A program made the translations under genes and the position numbers. The notes below the pieces were generated by a model. That model did not search any database and was not told the DNA's origin. It worked only from the letters and a program-made list of their open reading frames with translations. Positions 12,056 through 24,439 of a stretch of 64,000 bases of DNA are shown piece by piece (positions within the stretch are counted from its first letter, which is position 1; every line of letters starts with the position of its first letter). The DNA is from Azolla caroliniana (lineage: Eukaryota > Plantae > Polypodiophyta), in assembly GCA_043228905.1 (NCBI GenBank), contig JBHGNT010000010.1, positions 5,580,001 to 5,644,000 of the forward strand, given 5' to 3'.

Positions 12056-15000
12056 TAAATAATGGCTTTCATTACGAAAGGAAAAAACACCACCATGACT
12101 AACTACTACAAAGTATGAACCCTTCCATCTAGGGATCTAGAGAATACTACGACACCAAACTCAATGCCACCCTACACACCAATTCAAATGGCGAGTATGA
12201 TGATATGTGACCTTGCAGAGTTCTCTCTCTTCCTGGTTGAGATTTCGTGACTTCTCTAGCATTGTCAATTGCCACAAAAGAAGTCCTTTTAACTTTAGAA
12301 CATATTTTCCAACCCAACTTGTGAATAAAAAATGAAGGCATTCTGCATATTCCAATTGAACCATAGCCCCCAATACCTCAAGAACTCAAAAATAATTTGA
12401 AAATGAGGCATCGGTTCATTGTTCTCCATATGTGCAAAAACCCAACTTAAGGAAGATAGAGTTACTCCTATTAGAGACATCCACACTAAACTAATACACC
12501 TCCAAACCATCATTGCCATCGGGCATGAAATAAATCGATGCCTACTATGTTCCAATTCCACCGAACAAAAGAAACACAATCCTTTAGTAATGTTTCTTTT
12601 TTTTAATGCATCCCCTAATGGTAAAGCTCCAACCATAACTCTCCAAATAAATACCTTGGCTCCTAGCATCAATAAAGAACACCAACCTGCCTTGATCACA
12701 TGAAACCACCAAGTAATGGGCTTATGAAAACCCCATATCTTTATAACCCTTTCTTCCAACCACTTATGTTTGTCAATCAACTTGTGATAAACAACATTCG
12801 TTGAGATCATAGTCAATCTCTTATTTCCAACAAACCTCCAATCAAGCTCTTGAGATCACCAATCTAAATCAGGAATTGGGTCATGTGAAGATAGTATTTG
12901 TTGCAACTTATCCCAAATAAAGTTATAACCTTTTGGAATACGAAATGTTGATCTTATTGTTCGAAAAGCCATTAATCTTCTTTGTGAAACCAATCCTTAA
13001 CTATTACCAAACCCAATCTATCCATCTGATTAAATTGAAGGTTAAGAATTTGTTTACCTTCCTACCTCAACAACCTTGATGTTACCAAAACCTCCATTTG
13101 TAATGAATTGGCACATCCCTTGTCTTGTGGGGGGTGTCATTCCCCAAAATCCAACATACTTTGCCAAGATGTCAACAAATGATTAACTATCATAGACCCT
13201 GTACATTTGACATCCCTGTCAGAATTAATTACATTCCACCAATTCGCTTCAACCTTCATGTTTCCAAGCTTTATTCTGTTCTTCTCTATAAAGTATGCCA
13301 CCATTTCTGTCCAAGGTTGTACACCTTCAAACATGAATCGAATGAAATTAAATCGACGATCCACCATATGCTCATATAGAATCAATATTGATGCCCCACC
13401 AAGACGCTTCAGAGTACAAACATGATCCCATGCCAACCATGACAATGCATTTTTCCCTTTTCTTTTCCATAACAACATTCGCATCGAGCGTGACGACATT
13501 TCAAGAGCTTTCTTTGACCATAGGATCAAAGGAAGATAATAAGATACCATAGAGACCATAATCGATTGGACCACCTTAAGTCGTACATGAAAAGGCCAAA
13601 ACTGAGACCTCCAATACATAAACTTATCCTCCAACCTTTTGGATACTCACTCAATAAGTTTCACATGAGAAACTTCCACCTCAATTGGATATCCAAGGTG
13701 ACGACAAATCATACCACGATATACTATCCTTCTTGACTACCCCAACCCTAACACATCTTGTTCTGTACATGAAATGAGGACAGATTTATGTATATTAATT
13801 CTCAACCCTTAAGCATTTGAAAACAATTCCCACACATCTCTTGTCTTACTAATATTTTCCCAATTAGGTGCCAAAAACATAATATGGTCATCTGCGAGAG
13901 CTTCAACAATACATGGCTTCCCTGATGGCAACCTTATTCCAAGAAATTCTTCCTCCATAACCATATTGTGTAACTTAACAAGAATAGGATGTGTCACAAT
14001 AGTGAATAGTACAGAACTTACCGGGCATCCTTGTCTAACTGACCTCCGAATAGAAATCGGTTGTGTTACTCCTCCATTAAACATCACATGTGAAACCGAA
14101 CCCTCCCCTAATGTGTATATCAACTTAGACATACATTCACCAAAACCCATATGAGACATCAATTGATTTATAAATGACCAATCCACATTATCATAGGCTT
14201 TCTCGATATCCAATTGTAGCAACACTAATTCTTGTTTCGCCTCCTTTGCATAGTCAATTGCCATTTAAACATTTAAAATATTATGTAAAATGTCTCTTTT
14301 TGCTAAAACCCCATATTGAGTATTATGAATAATAGAAGTTAAAACCTTATGCAACCTATTGTCCATCACTTTTGCAAAAATCTTGTACATTCCCCCCATC
14401 AATGAAATAGGCCTCCATTGAACAAAGAAGATGGAGAAGGCACCTTCGGCAAAAGCTTGATCAAACCAATCTTCCAACAATGAGGCGTTTCCCCTGATGT
14501 CCACAACTTCTGAAATAAAACCGTAAAAGGCCCCTTTAATCCATCCCACCCAAGACCCTTCTCATTAGCAAGATGTGACATGACATGTTCCACCTCATCC
14601 TCTGAAATATTAACATCTAATGATTGTGCCACATCATGTGATACATGATTTTTCACTCCATTAAAAAATAAATCTCTATCCTTTTTAACATTATCATCGA
14701 TACACATTTGTACATCCAACAATTGTGTATAATATTCTATGCATTTCTTCACAATTTCTTGAGGATCGGAACACATGATACCATTTCCCTCTAACCTTAC
14801 CACATTATGTCATGCATGTGATTCATGAAGGTCATGAAAAAAACTTATGTGATCGACAATTAGCATCATCCACTTCTTGTCTTAGACGATGTAGTCTAGC
14901 ATGTTGATAATTTTTTGTCGTTAGGTCATGCATCGCAGAAATTAATACCTCTTGATATCCCATCAACTTTACATTCGTTGGCCAATAAGTTAACAATGAG

Positions 15001-16783
15001 TTGCATTTATTAAGCAAATTAACTAGGAGACTTAATTTCTTTCTCCTTTTAAAAGCATGGTGAATTCCATAATATCTAGTTAACCTCTGAACATTTGCAA
15101 CAAATACTTCCCACGCTTCATACCCATCAAATTGAACATGATAGGCAAATGCATCAATCAATTGACACATATAGGCATGGAAGACCTCATGATCCAAAAA
15201 TGATGAATTAAAAATCAACGGAGGTTTTCCTAAAAACTCATGAAAACCTCTAATTGAGTGGTGATTGAACTCAAAAATTAATGGGAAATGATATGATATA
15301 ATTGACCCATAAGACATTGAAATATCCAAAATCTCTGGTAAAAAACCTTCGGTATGCATTACATACATTCGATCCAACCTACTCCAAGTATCCTTATATT
15401 GAGCCGATTGAAAGGTATAACCAGGTTCATCTCCCTTAATCCATTTTCATACATCCCTTAACATGACTTCAGTCTCAAAATCTCCCCATTCTTGAGCCTC
15501 TGGTCCATCCATAATAGAGTGGATAGATGTTGATTGATTTGTCTCACAACAAACATTAAAATCTCCCATCAATAAACCCGGTCTACCATTATCAAGCATT
15601 GAGTTTAGAGATACCTATAACAACTTTCATTCTTGTGAAACATTTCATGCATACACGCCAACTAACCAAAGAGCTTGCCCTTCATAACATATCTCTACCA
15701 CAATAAATCTTCCAAATTCATCTGAAACAATTACTTTTGGGTGAAATTGATCTCTTATAAACATGACAATCCCAGAATAATCCCCATGAACCTTCCCAGC
15801 ATAACATAATGTATAACCCTTAGAATAACTAATTAAACCAGCATTACCATGATCTTTATGCTCTACTTCACACCCAACATCCCATTGCTCACTTAACACA
15901 ATCCTCCAAACCTCATGCATTCTAAATCTAGAACACAATCCCCTCACATTCCATGCGATGATCTTCATACTTTATTTTTTCCTTTTATTCGAGAAATCTC
16001 TTTCTCCTTCACTGCTAATGTTTCTACCATATCCTAAAATAAATCCCCTAAGATTGCATATGAATTACTATGGGAATGCAAAACTCCAGACCCCGATGGC
16101 TCTTCATGTGAACGAGGCATCGATTTTCGTTTATTCCAAGGAACATACAAATTACCTTTATTATCAAAAGATAATTTCTTTGGATGGTCCTCTTGACGAG
16201 CCCATGGTTTATTCTGCATGGGATTTGTCGGTGTGACCTTCTCCATAGATACATTATGCCCAACATTTTTATTAAACTTCTTCATCTTTCTAGAAACTAT
16301 TAACCATTGTCCTTCATCCTCTAGAGTCTTTCCATCCTTCTCATTCACAATTTTTGGTTCCTTTGTTTGCTTTGAAATTGTCAAAGCTTGAATCTGATCA
16401 TGAGTTGTAGGCTCTTCATGGAAATGTCCCAACACATTATTTCTTTTTTGAGGACACTCGGCCATAAAATGCCCCAACACACCACAATGGAAACAATGTC
16501 TTGCACATGTACCCCATTTAAGCCGAAAATACATAGGCGGCATACCAGAGCATAACAATGGGCACAGTTTTGGCTCAAACCAAACCGAACCGTTAAGCCA
16601 TGGCTTAACGGTTTATTGGTTCAAAGATAAACAAACTGTTTGGTTTGGTTTCAAATGTTATGATCCAGTTTGGTTCAGTTTTGAATTTCATGGTTTCTCG
16701 GTTTATAGGTTTATCGGTTTCAGTTCGGTTTGGTTTTGAATTTCACGGTTTAGCGGTTTAGTAGTTTCGGCTTATGTGGTTTG

Positions 16784-17179
16784 TGTTGAGAATCAAGCTC
16801 AACATAGTGCAACGTGTGAACACACCTTTTGAGAATCCATGATTACTCAAAGGTCAAGAGTCACACCACTACTCTCTACACATTAACTATGTGTCATAGA
16901 ATCATATTCTATGACACATAACTAATGAGTTACATATTTCCCATGACTATGAGTCTTCACATTCCCCAAGAGAAAGAGTGGTTGTTGTAGTTAGTGAATG
17001 AAGAGAGAGGGCACGACTACATATAGAGCACCCTCGTCACACGTCATACTAAGTCGGTTGTGACTCATTGTAATGCTACAATTTTGTATCTCCATTCTAC
17101 TTGTGAAATATAAATCTTCTTCTTCTTGAGTATTTTATTCTCTTGCTTATCTATCTTGTGTTCTCTTCTCTCCTCTATT

Positions 17180-17213
<34 letters not shown>

Positions 17214-20200
17214 AACACAGATATCTATTCCACTACACAAGAATCACCATCGATTCTTTACATGGTACCTGAGCGATTTGGTAGCTCGATCTAGCCCATT
17301 CACCTCATCATGATCGTGTGTTGTGCTCTACGCCGACGTTCAATAAGAACCGGCTCATCGCTATTGTAGTACCACTACATAGCTCGTGTTTGAGAGAGAA
17401 GGAAAAGAAGAAAGGAAGCTTAATCGACAATGAATACTCAAATGGGGAGCGCTCTCCCTAGCGAGAAGTTGGACCGAAACAATTTCGCATCTTGGGAGTG
17501 CAAGATGCACCAATACCTTGTCGACCAAGGCTATTGGGGTTACATCAAGGGAGCACAAGAAAACCGACCCGACCTGAAAGACACCGGCTATGCAACTTGG
17601 GAGCAAGTGGCAAGTTGAGTGATGTATTGATTGGCGACATGTGTTCACGACCACATGCTCGGCTACATTCGAGAAGTCGAGACACCGAAGGAAGCGTGGG
17701 AGAATCTACGAAAAAATTTCGCCGCCAACACGACCGTTGTCGAGGTTATCCTCGCGGATGCGTAGAAGTCGAGCAAGACCATGGGGGTCTTGAACCAAGG
17801 AATCAAGAAAGCTAGGAGGAGTGGGGTTTTAGAGACTGCGTAGGTCTTGGTACCACGAGAAAACAGGTAAGGATAGTGCTCGGGAGAGAGTAAGAGAGTC
17901 GTGTGTGGACGCAGACACGGTCAAAGACACTGGGCAAAGACATTGGGCATGACGTGAGTTAGGAGAAAAAGGGTTTCTATTAAACAACGCAAGCATGTGG
18001 TGCTGCAGGTGAATACAACCGGATCAGAGCCGGCGATGGAGCGTAGAGCTTCGTAAAAGCCAGATACAAAGAGACGTCGGTGCACTGAAGGTCAATCCCC
18101 AGGTCGGGAGCACTCGGGCGTCTGACGCGAGCAGGGGAAGCGCCTTCTTCTGCTATCAGTTGTCGGTCCTTCTCTATATATCCTTTCCTCTAGATTGCAT
18201 CGCGAAGATAGTCAAAGGTCGCCCCTTTTATAGCACAAGGAGCGACCATTACAAGCATTCGTGACCCGTCACTTTTCGTCCTCGATTCCCTCCCCTGATT
18301 TACTCTCCTCGTAACTCTCCCTACTTATGCGATGTCTATATCTTCTTTAATGCTCTAACTACCTAGTACCCCTCCTTATACTCATGCCTAGTACTTGTCC
18401 TATTTAATTCCCTCGAGGTGTGCACTTGCGTACACCGGTGTCCCTGCGCGTTTCTCCTTGTTTTCGCTTATGGCCCGGAATCTTCACGACACCGCGAGAA
18501 AGCTTCAACTCCACCAAGAGTTGAACAACATCCAACAACGGGATATGTCCATTACAAGCTACACCTTGAAGATCAAGGAGCTTTGTGATGCACTCAGCTC
18601 GATAAGCGTCAATGTGGAAGATGAAGAAATGGTGCAAATATGCCTCGGCGGCCTTGCACCATAGTTCAGCGCGATGCGGATCGCCGTACTAGCATAGGAG
18701 AATCCGCCCTCCTTCTTCAATCTTCAATACATGTTGTTGGTCAAGGAGAATCATGTTCGAACAAGGAGCAATGCCTCGGATGGCCACATGCTCTACACAC
18801 ATTCAGACGGAGGAAGAGGACGCGACCGTGCAAGAGGAGGCCGATTCGGCCAAGGACGAGGCAGATGAGGCCTAACTTACGAAAACAACTCGCAATTTCG
18901 GCATCAAGATGGAAGCCATCGAGGAACCTTCGGAAGAAGGGGGAGCTTCCATTCTGGTCCAAGCCGACAAAGCTCGGTCGAATGCGGATATTGCGGAAAA
19001 ATCAGTCACCACGAAGAAGAGTGTCGTAAGAAGATACGTGAGTCGGCTTCCACTAGCCGACAACTCACCAATTATGCCACCAACTACGACTATGATGATC
19101 ACGGCGGAATGTTCGTGATGAGACATAGAGCAAATTCTATGTCGGCCTCTTCTACTAGTGCCTCCGGTTGGGAAGACGTATGGTTCGTCGATTCCGGTGC
19201 CTCGAACCATATGACGTTGCATCAAGAATGGTTTCGAGAACTTCGAGAGCCGGACCGACCCGGCTATGTTGAAACCGGAGATGGCAATGTTCCGTTCAGA
19301 GAAGAAGGTAAGCAAACTTATATCAAAAATGTCTTGCATGTACCAACTATCACGAAGAATTTGGTCTCCGTCGGCCAAATTGTAGAGCAAGGAATGCAAG
19401 TACGATTTAATCAAGGCGGTTGCTTCATCGAAAAAGAGGGCTGACTCATCACTCGCGGACGAAGAGAGGGCTGAATGTTCATTCTCGACTCACACGAGAT
19501 GAAATTGGCCATGTTCGAAAGGGCATGAAAGCTGATTCCGACATAGAGTTATGGCACAAGCGGATTGGCCATATCAACCTTCAAAAGCTAAAGGCGATGC
19601 AATTGAAAGGAGTCGTCATCGGACTCTTGACATTTAGAGAGAGAGAGATTGAAGGCGTATGTGCGGCTTGCCAATTTGGCAAGCAACATCGACATCCATT
19701 TCCGAGGGAGAGGAATGTAAGCAAAGGCGTACTCGACGTAATTCATTCTTATGTATGGGGATTGGCTCAAACGGCGACATTCCGCGGATGTTGATACTAC
19801 GTGACCTTTATCGACGACTTCTCTAAGCACACTTGGATCTACTCGATGCAGCAAAAGCGCGAAGTGTTCAAACACTTCCAAAAATTCAAGAGTGGAGTCG
19901 AAAAAGCTACGAGTCGACACGTACGGTGCCTTCGATCGGATGGAGGCAACAAATATTTTTCGAATGAGTTTACGACGATCTTCGAAAAGAAGGGATTCGA
20001 CGAGAATTTTTGTGTCGATATACGCCACAACAGAACGGAGTAGCTGAATGCAAGAATCAGCACATCTTCGAAGTAGCACGGGCTATGCTTAACGAAAAGC
20101 ACATGCCGAAATCATATTGGGCGTAAGCAGTTAACATGACTGTCTATCTCATGAATCGGTGTACAACATCCGACGTGCATGAACTCACGCTGCACAAGAA

Positions 20201-22877
20201 GTTTTTCAGAAAGAAGCCAGATCTTTCACATGTTCGAATATTCGGCTCCATTGCGTATGTGCACATCCCCGACGAAAAGCGACAAAAGCTTGACCCGAAG
20301 TCGGAGAAATGTATCCTCATAGGATACTCACTGGAGCAAAAGGGGTACAAGTGCTATAACCCCTCAACTCGAAAATCTCGAGTAAGTCGAGACGTCATTT
20401 TCGACGAGTCCGCATCTTGGTACGCACCAGAGACAACTTCGACTTCAATTCCGTTCGACCCAGATTCCGCCGAAATAGAGATAGAAGCTGAAGATTGGCT
20501 CACGCGCATGTTTGAAGAAAGCCCAATTACGACAAGGCTTAGTGGGCCACAAGAGCCCTCGAGCAATCAAAGCACATCTTGGCCGAGTTCGAAGCTGGAC
20601 AAAGGCAAGGCGAAAATGCCGGAGTATGAAGACGATCACTTTGATGGCAACGAATCGACTCACTCCCTCGATAGTGAGTTCGAAGGCCTTGAGATCCGGA
20701 CAAATGGAGCAAAGAAAGTCGTAGTATCCGCAAACGAGAAGCTCCGCCGATCCACCCGTGAAAAGAACCCCGTAAGCCGATTTGGCTTCAACGATTATAT
20801 GGCGTACCATTACACTTTTATGATTAAGGTAGCGACAGTACAGGAGCCGGAAACGTTTTTCGAAACTGCGACGGACCCTAGATGGGTTGAAGCGATGAAT
20901 GAGGAGATGTAAGCACTCTCCAAGAATGAGACATGGGATCTTGTTCCCCACTCACCACACAAGAAGGCAATTGGTTGTAGATGGATCTACAAGGTGAAGT
21001 ATAATGCCGATGGCTCCGTAAACCGTTACAAAGCTCAATTCGTAGGGAAAGGATACGCTCAAACGCATGGAGTCGACTATGAAGAGACATTTGCCCCCGT
21101 GGCAAAGATGACGACGGTGCGGATTGTAATTGCACTCGCAACGGCGAAAGGGTGGCACCTCCACCAGATGGACGTCAAGAATGCTTTCCTCCAAGGCGAA
21201 TTAGAAGAGGAGGTGTACATGGTACAACCTCCTGGCTTCGAATCGCGCATTCATCCGAAAGTCGTGTGCCGACTCAAGAAGCCACTCTACGGCCTCAAGC
21301 ATGCACCACATGCTTGACATTCGAAGATTACGCAATATCTTCATCAAATCGGCTTTCGAATGTCGAAATCCGACAACTCCCTCTACGTACGAAACGACTC
21401 TAAAAGCTCGATTGTCATCATCCTATACGTGAATGATCTGGTCATTGGAGGAGAAAGTTTAGTCGACATCAACAAGGTGAAATCCCTCCTCTCCAACAAA
21501 TTCGAGATGACGGACTTGAAGGAACTCCATTACTTCCTTGGCATCGAAGTAATTCGGATTCCGACCGTCATTATGATCTCTCAACGGCACTACATCCTCA
21601 ACTTGTTATACAAGTTCGGGATGATTGAGTGCAAATCAGTCACGACGCCTCTCGATCGAAACCTCAAACTAGACACCGACTTCGGCACAAAAGAGTGTGA
21701 GCCGACCTAATATCGTCAACTAATCGGGAGCCTAATCTATCTCACGATCACTCAACCCGACCTTAGCTATCCAGTCAGACTCCTTAACCAATTCATGCAA
21801 CTCCGCGAGATATCCATTTCGATTGCACTAAGCGAGTATTACGATATGTGAGCGGCACAATGGATTACGACATTCTCTACGCATCGGGCACACCAATACA
21901 ACTCGAAGGGTACACAGACGCAAACTGGGCAGGCTACAAAGCTGATCGACGATCAACCTTCAGATTTGTCTTCTTGCTCAGTAGCGGAGCAATATCTTGG
22001 AGTAGTAAGAAGCAACCTACCCTCGCACTTTCGAGTACGGAGGCCGAATACATGGGCGCAATCGTAGCTGCATCTGAAGCCGTATGGCTCAAGCGGATTT
22101 TGAAGGATCTGGGCATCCCCATCAAGGATCCGACTCCCATTTACTACGACAACATGAGCAATATATATCTGGCTCGGAACCCGGTGTTCCATGCGCGCAC
22201 AAAGCACATCGAAGTGCACTATCACTTCATTCGAGAGCGCGTACAGGTCGGAGATGTCGACCTTCAACACATCAACACAAATCTTCAAACGACAGACATC
22301 TTCACCAAGGCCCTAGGAGCCAACAAGCTTCGGCAATTCATGCCAGACCTCGGATTGACGATCCCTGACTTGCCAAGCTTGAAGGGGACTACAAGCGAGA
22401 ACCAGATACCATTCGAACTGGATACCAGCCGAAGCGAACATCAATCAAAAGGAACGACCGGAGTTGAGCTTGAGGGGGCGTGTTGAGAATCAAGCTCAAC
22501 ATAGTGCAATGTGTGAACACACCTTTTGAGAATCCATGATTACTCAAAGGTCAAGAGTCACACCACTACTCTCTACACATTAACTATGTGTCATAGAATC
22601 ATATTCTATGACACATAACTAATGAGTTACATATTTCCCATGACTATGAGTCTTCACATTCCCCAATAGAGAGAGTGGTTGTTGTAGTTAGTTAATGAAG
22701 AGAGAGGGCATGATTATATATAAAGCACCCTCGTCACACGTCATACTAAGTCGGTTGTGACTCATTGTAATGCTACAATTTTGTATCTCCATTCTACTTG
22801 TGAAATATACATCTTCTTCTTCTTGAGTATTTTATTCTCTTGCTTATCTATCTTGTGTTCTCTTCTCTCCTCTATTT

Positions 22878-22915
<38 letters not shown>

Positions 22916-22965
22916 TAACACACATATATATTCCAATGCACAAGAATCACCATCGATTCTTTATA
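16784..22965 (+). mobile_element. Full-length decayed Ty1/copia element with both LTRs
   Basis: LTRs 16784-17262 and 22481-22965; TSD GTTTG on both sides; PBS tggtacctgagc (iMet-like); PPT ttgagggggcg. gag MGSALPSEKLDRNNF, PR WFVDSGASNHM, INT, RT and RH are all disrupted. Confidence 0.95.
17738..18491 (-). mobile_element. Solo LTR related to the gypsy LTR at 8734-9437, inserted in copia gag
   Basis: Termini TGTCGAG...TCACGACA; flanks ccgt/ccgc; gag AANTT|ARKLQL resumes on the right. gaccatgggggtcttgaacc resembles the reverse complement of ~9380-9400. Confidence 0.85.
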
Positions 22966-24439
22966 GTTTGGTTTAAAGGTTTAAAAGTTTTGAAGGTTAA
23001 AAGGTTTATAGGTTTGGTTTGGTTCTAAATTTTTCATAAACGGTTTGGTTTAAATGGCTTCATAAAATTTAAACAATTTGGTTTGGTTTTTAATATAAAT
23101 AAATGGTTTGGTTTGGTTTCAAGGCCAAGAAACCGAACCAAACTGCGCCCATTGCTACCAAAGCATGCGATCTGTAAACAACTTGGCCTCTTTATAGTAG
23201 TATTCCAAAGAATACACATCTGATATCGATTTTGAGCATTACCACTAGTAGGCACCAAGATCTTTTCCATCATTGACTGTTATATTGGCTAAACCACTGA
23301 ATATGTCCACTCTACCTCAACCCACACGGGACCACTCTTGCTTTAATATATCTTGGTATTCCACTAGTGGCCTCCATGGAACAATATAAACCAAAATTTT
23401 CTCATAAAAAACTGGCAATTTATTGAGTAATTTCTCTTTATACTCTTGTGATACCAAAACAACCTCATAAAATCCACGAGGACCAGCATAAACATCCTGA
23501 ACACAATCAACTTATAAAATCCCACGTAACCATTGTTTGACCCTCCAAAGGAAAGGTATCTTCCTCGTGAAAAACAATATGACCCCTTTATCTCTCTCCC
23601 TCACACACTCTCACTCACTCACTCACTCACTCACACACACACACACTCTCTCTCCCACACATGTATGCATGTCTGTATGTATGTAGGGACATTGTTTTTG
23701 GAAGTTGCGAAAACAAAACAATGGACTGAGGAGACCACCCATATGCAATCGATGCACTTAGATGTGTCGTGGCATTGCTCCATCGCACCATCAGGGCAAT
23801 GCATTTGATGACCAAGGCTCCCCCTATTGGTTGTCCACACCCCTCCTCCTGCCTCGGCCTTTCTCTTGACCACAACGCGGTTTCCGCAAATAACGAGAAG
23901 CAGCGAAAGAAGCACTTAATTTGTATTGCGTAGTCGCGAGGCGCTTTCCGTTTGTTTGTTAGTTTCGTTCTGTATCTTGCCTTGTATCTTGTCTGGGGGT
24001 TGGGAGGGTAGTTATGGGAATTAATTTTCAATTGGGGGTGGGGGGGGGGGGGGGTGTAGGGGTAGGGGTATTTCGGTAATTTGTGTTTTTTGGGGGCCAT
24101 ACATACATATGTACATCTATTCAAAGGATTGCAACTCTTCTTCTCTGTCTCTCCATCTCTCTGTCTCCTCCTGCAGATTTCTTCTGCCATTTCTTCTTCG
24201 ATTTCTTCTCTGCAATTCTTCTCATCCCCTCTTCTGTTCCTTCTTCTTCTTCTTCTTCTTCTTCTTCTTCTTCTTTTGCCGCTACATTCTTCACTCTTCT
24301 TCTGCTTTCTCCATCACTCATCCTCATCCCCTCATCCTCATCCTTTAACCATTACCATTATCTTCCTCACCATTCAGCTTTCGCCATTTCTTTCACAACC
24401 CTTCGCTCCACCCTGAAACGTGGCTTCAAGTTTCTATCC

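Larger units (their letters stand above)
16553..23157. mobile_element. Non-autonomous hAT-type DNA element (~420 bp of its own sequence) carrying a nested copia
   Basis: TIRs TAACAATGGGCACAGTT / AACTGCGCCCATTGCTA; 8-bp TSD CCAGAGCA (16545-16552) / CCAAAGCA (23158-23165); dense GGTTT/AAACC subterminal motifs. Confidence 0.85.
12052..23587 (-). mobile_element. Near full-length decayed L1/Tx1-like LINE, split by a nested insertion at 16553-23157
   Basis: ORF1 remnants at 23166-23587 (DUF4283-like) and 15970-16552 (CFHCGVLGHFMAEC). ORF2 has APE MKIIAWNVRGL (15968), RT WRPISL/LDIEKAYD/RQGCPVS/LADD, and zf-RVT CFFC..EHSRHRFISC. Confidence 0.88.

Noticed and set aside
23627-24416. Additional gene(s) from overlapping ORFs upstream of SPL2
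   Set aside because: Low-complexity promoter/UTR sequence with no splice structure or motif support.
24083-24439. Ser-rich in-frame N-terminal extension (transit-peptide-like) of SPL2
   Set aside because: There is no upstream in-frame ATG, pyrimidine-rich (TCT)n leaders lack stops by composition, and family homology starts at ATG 24440.
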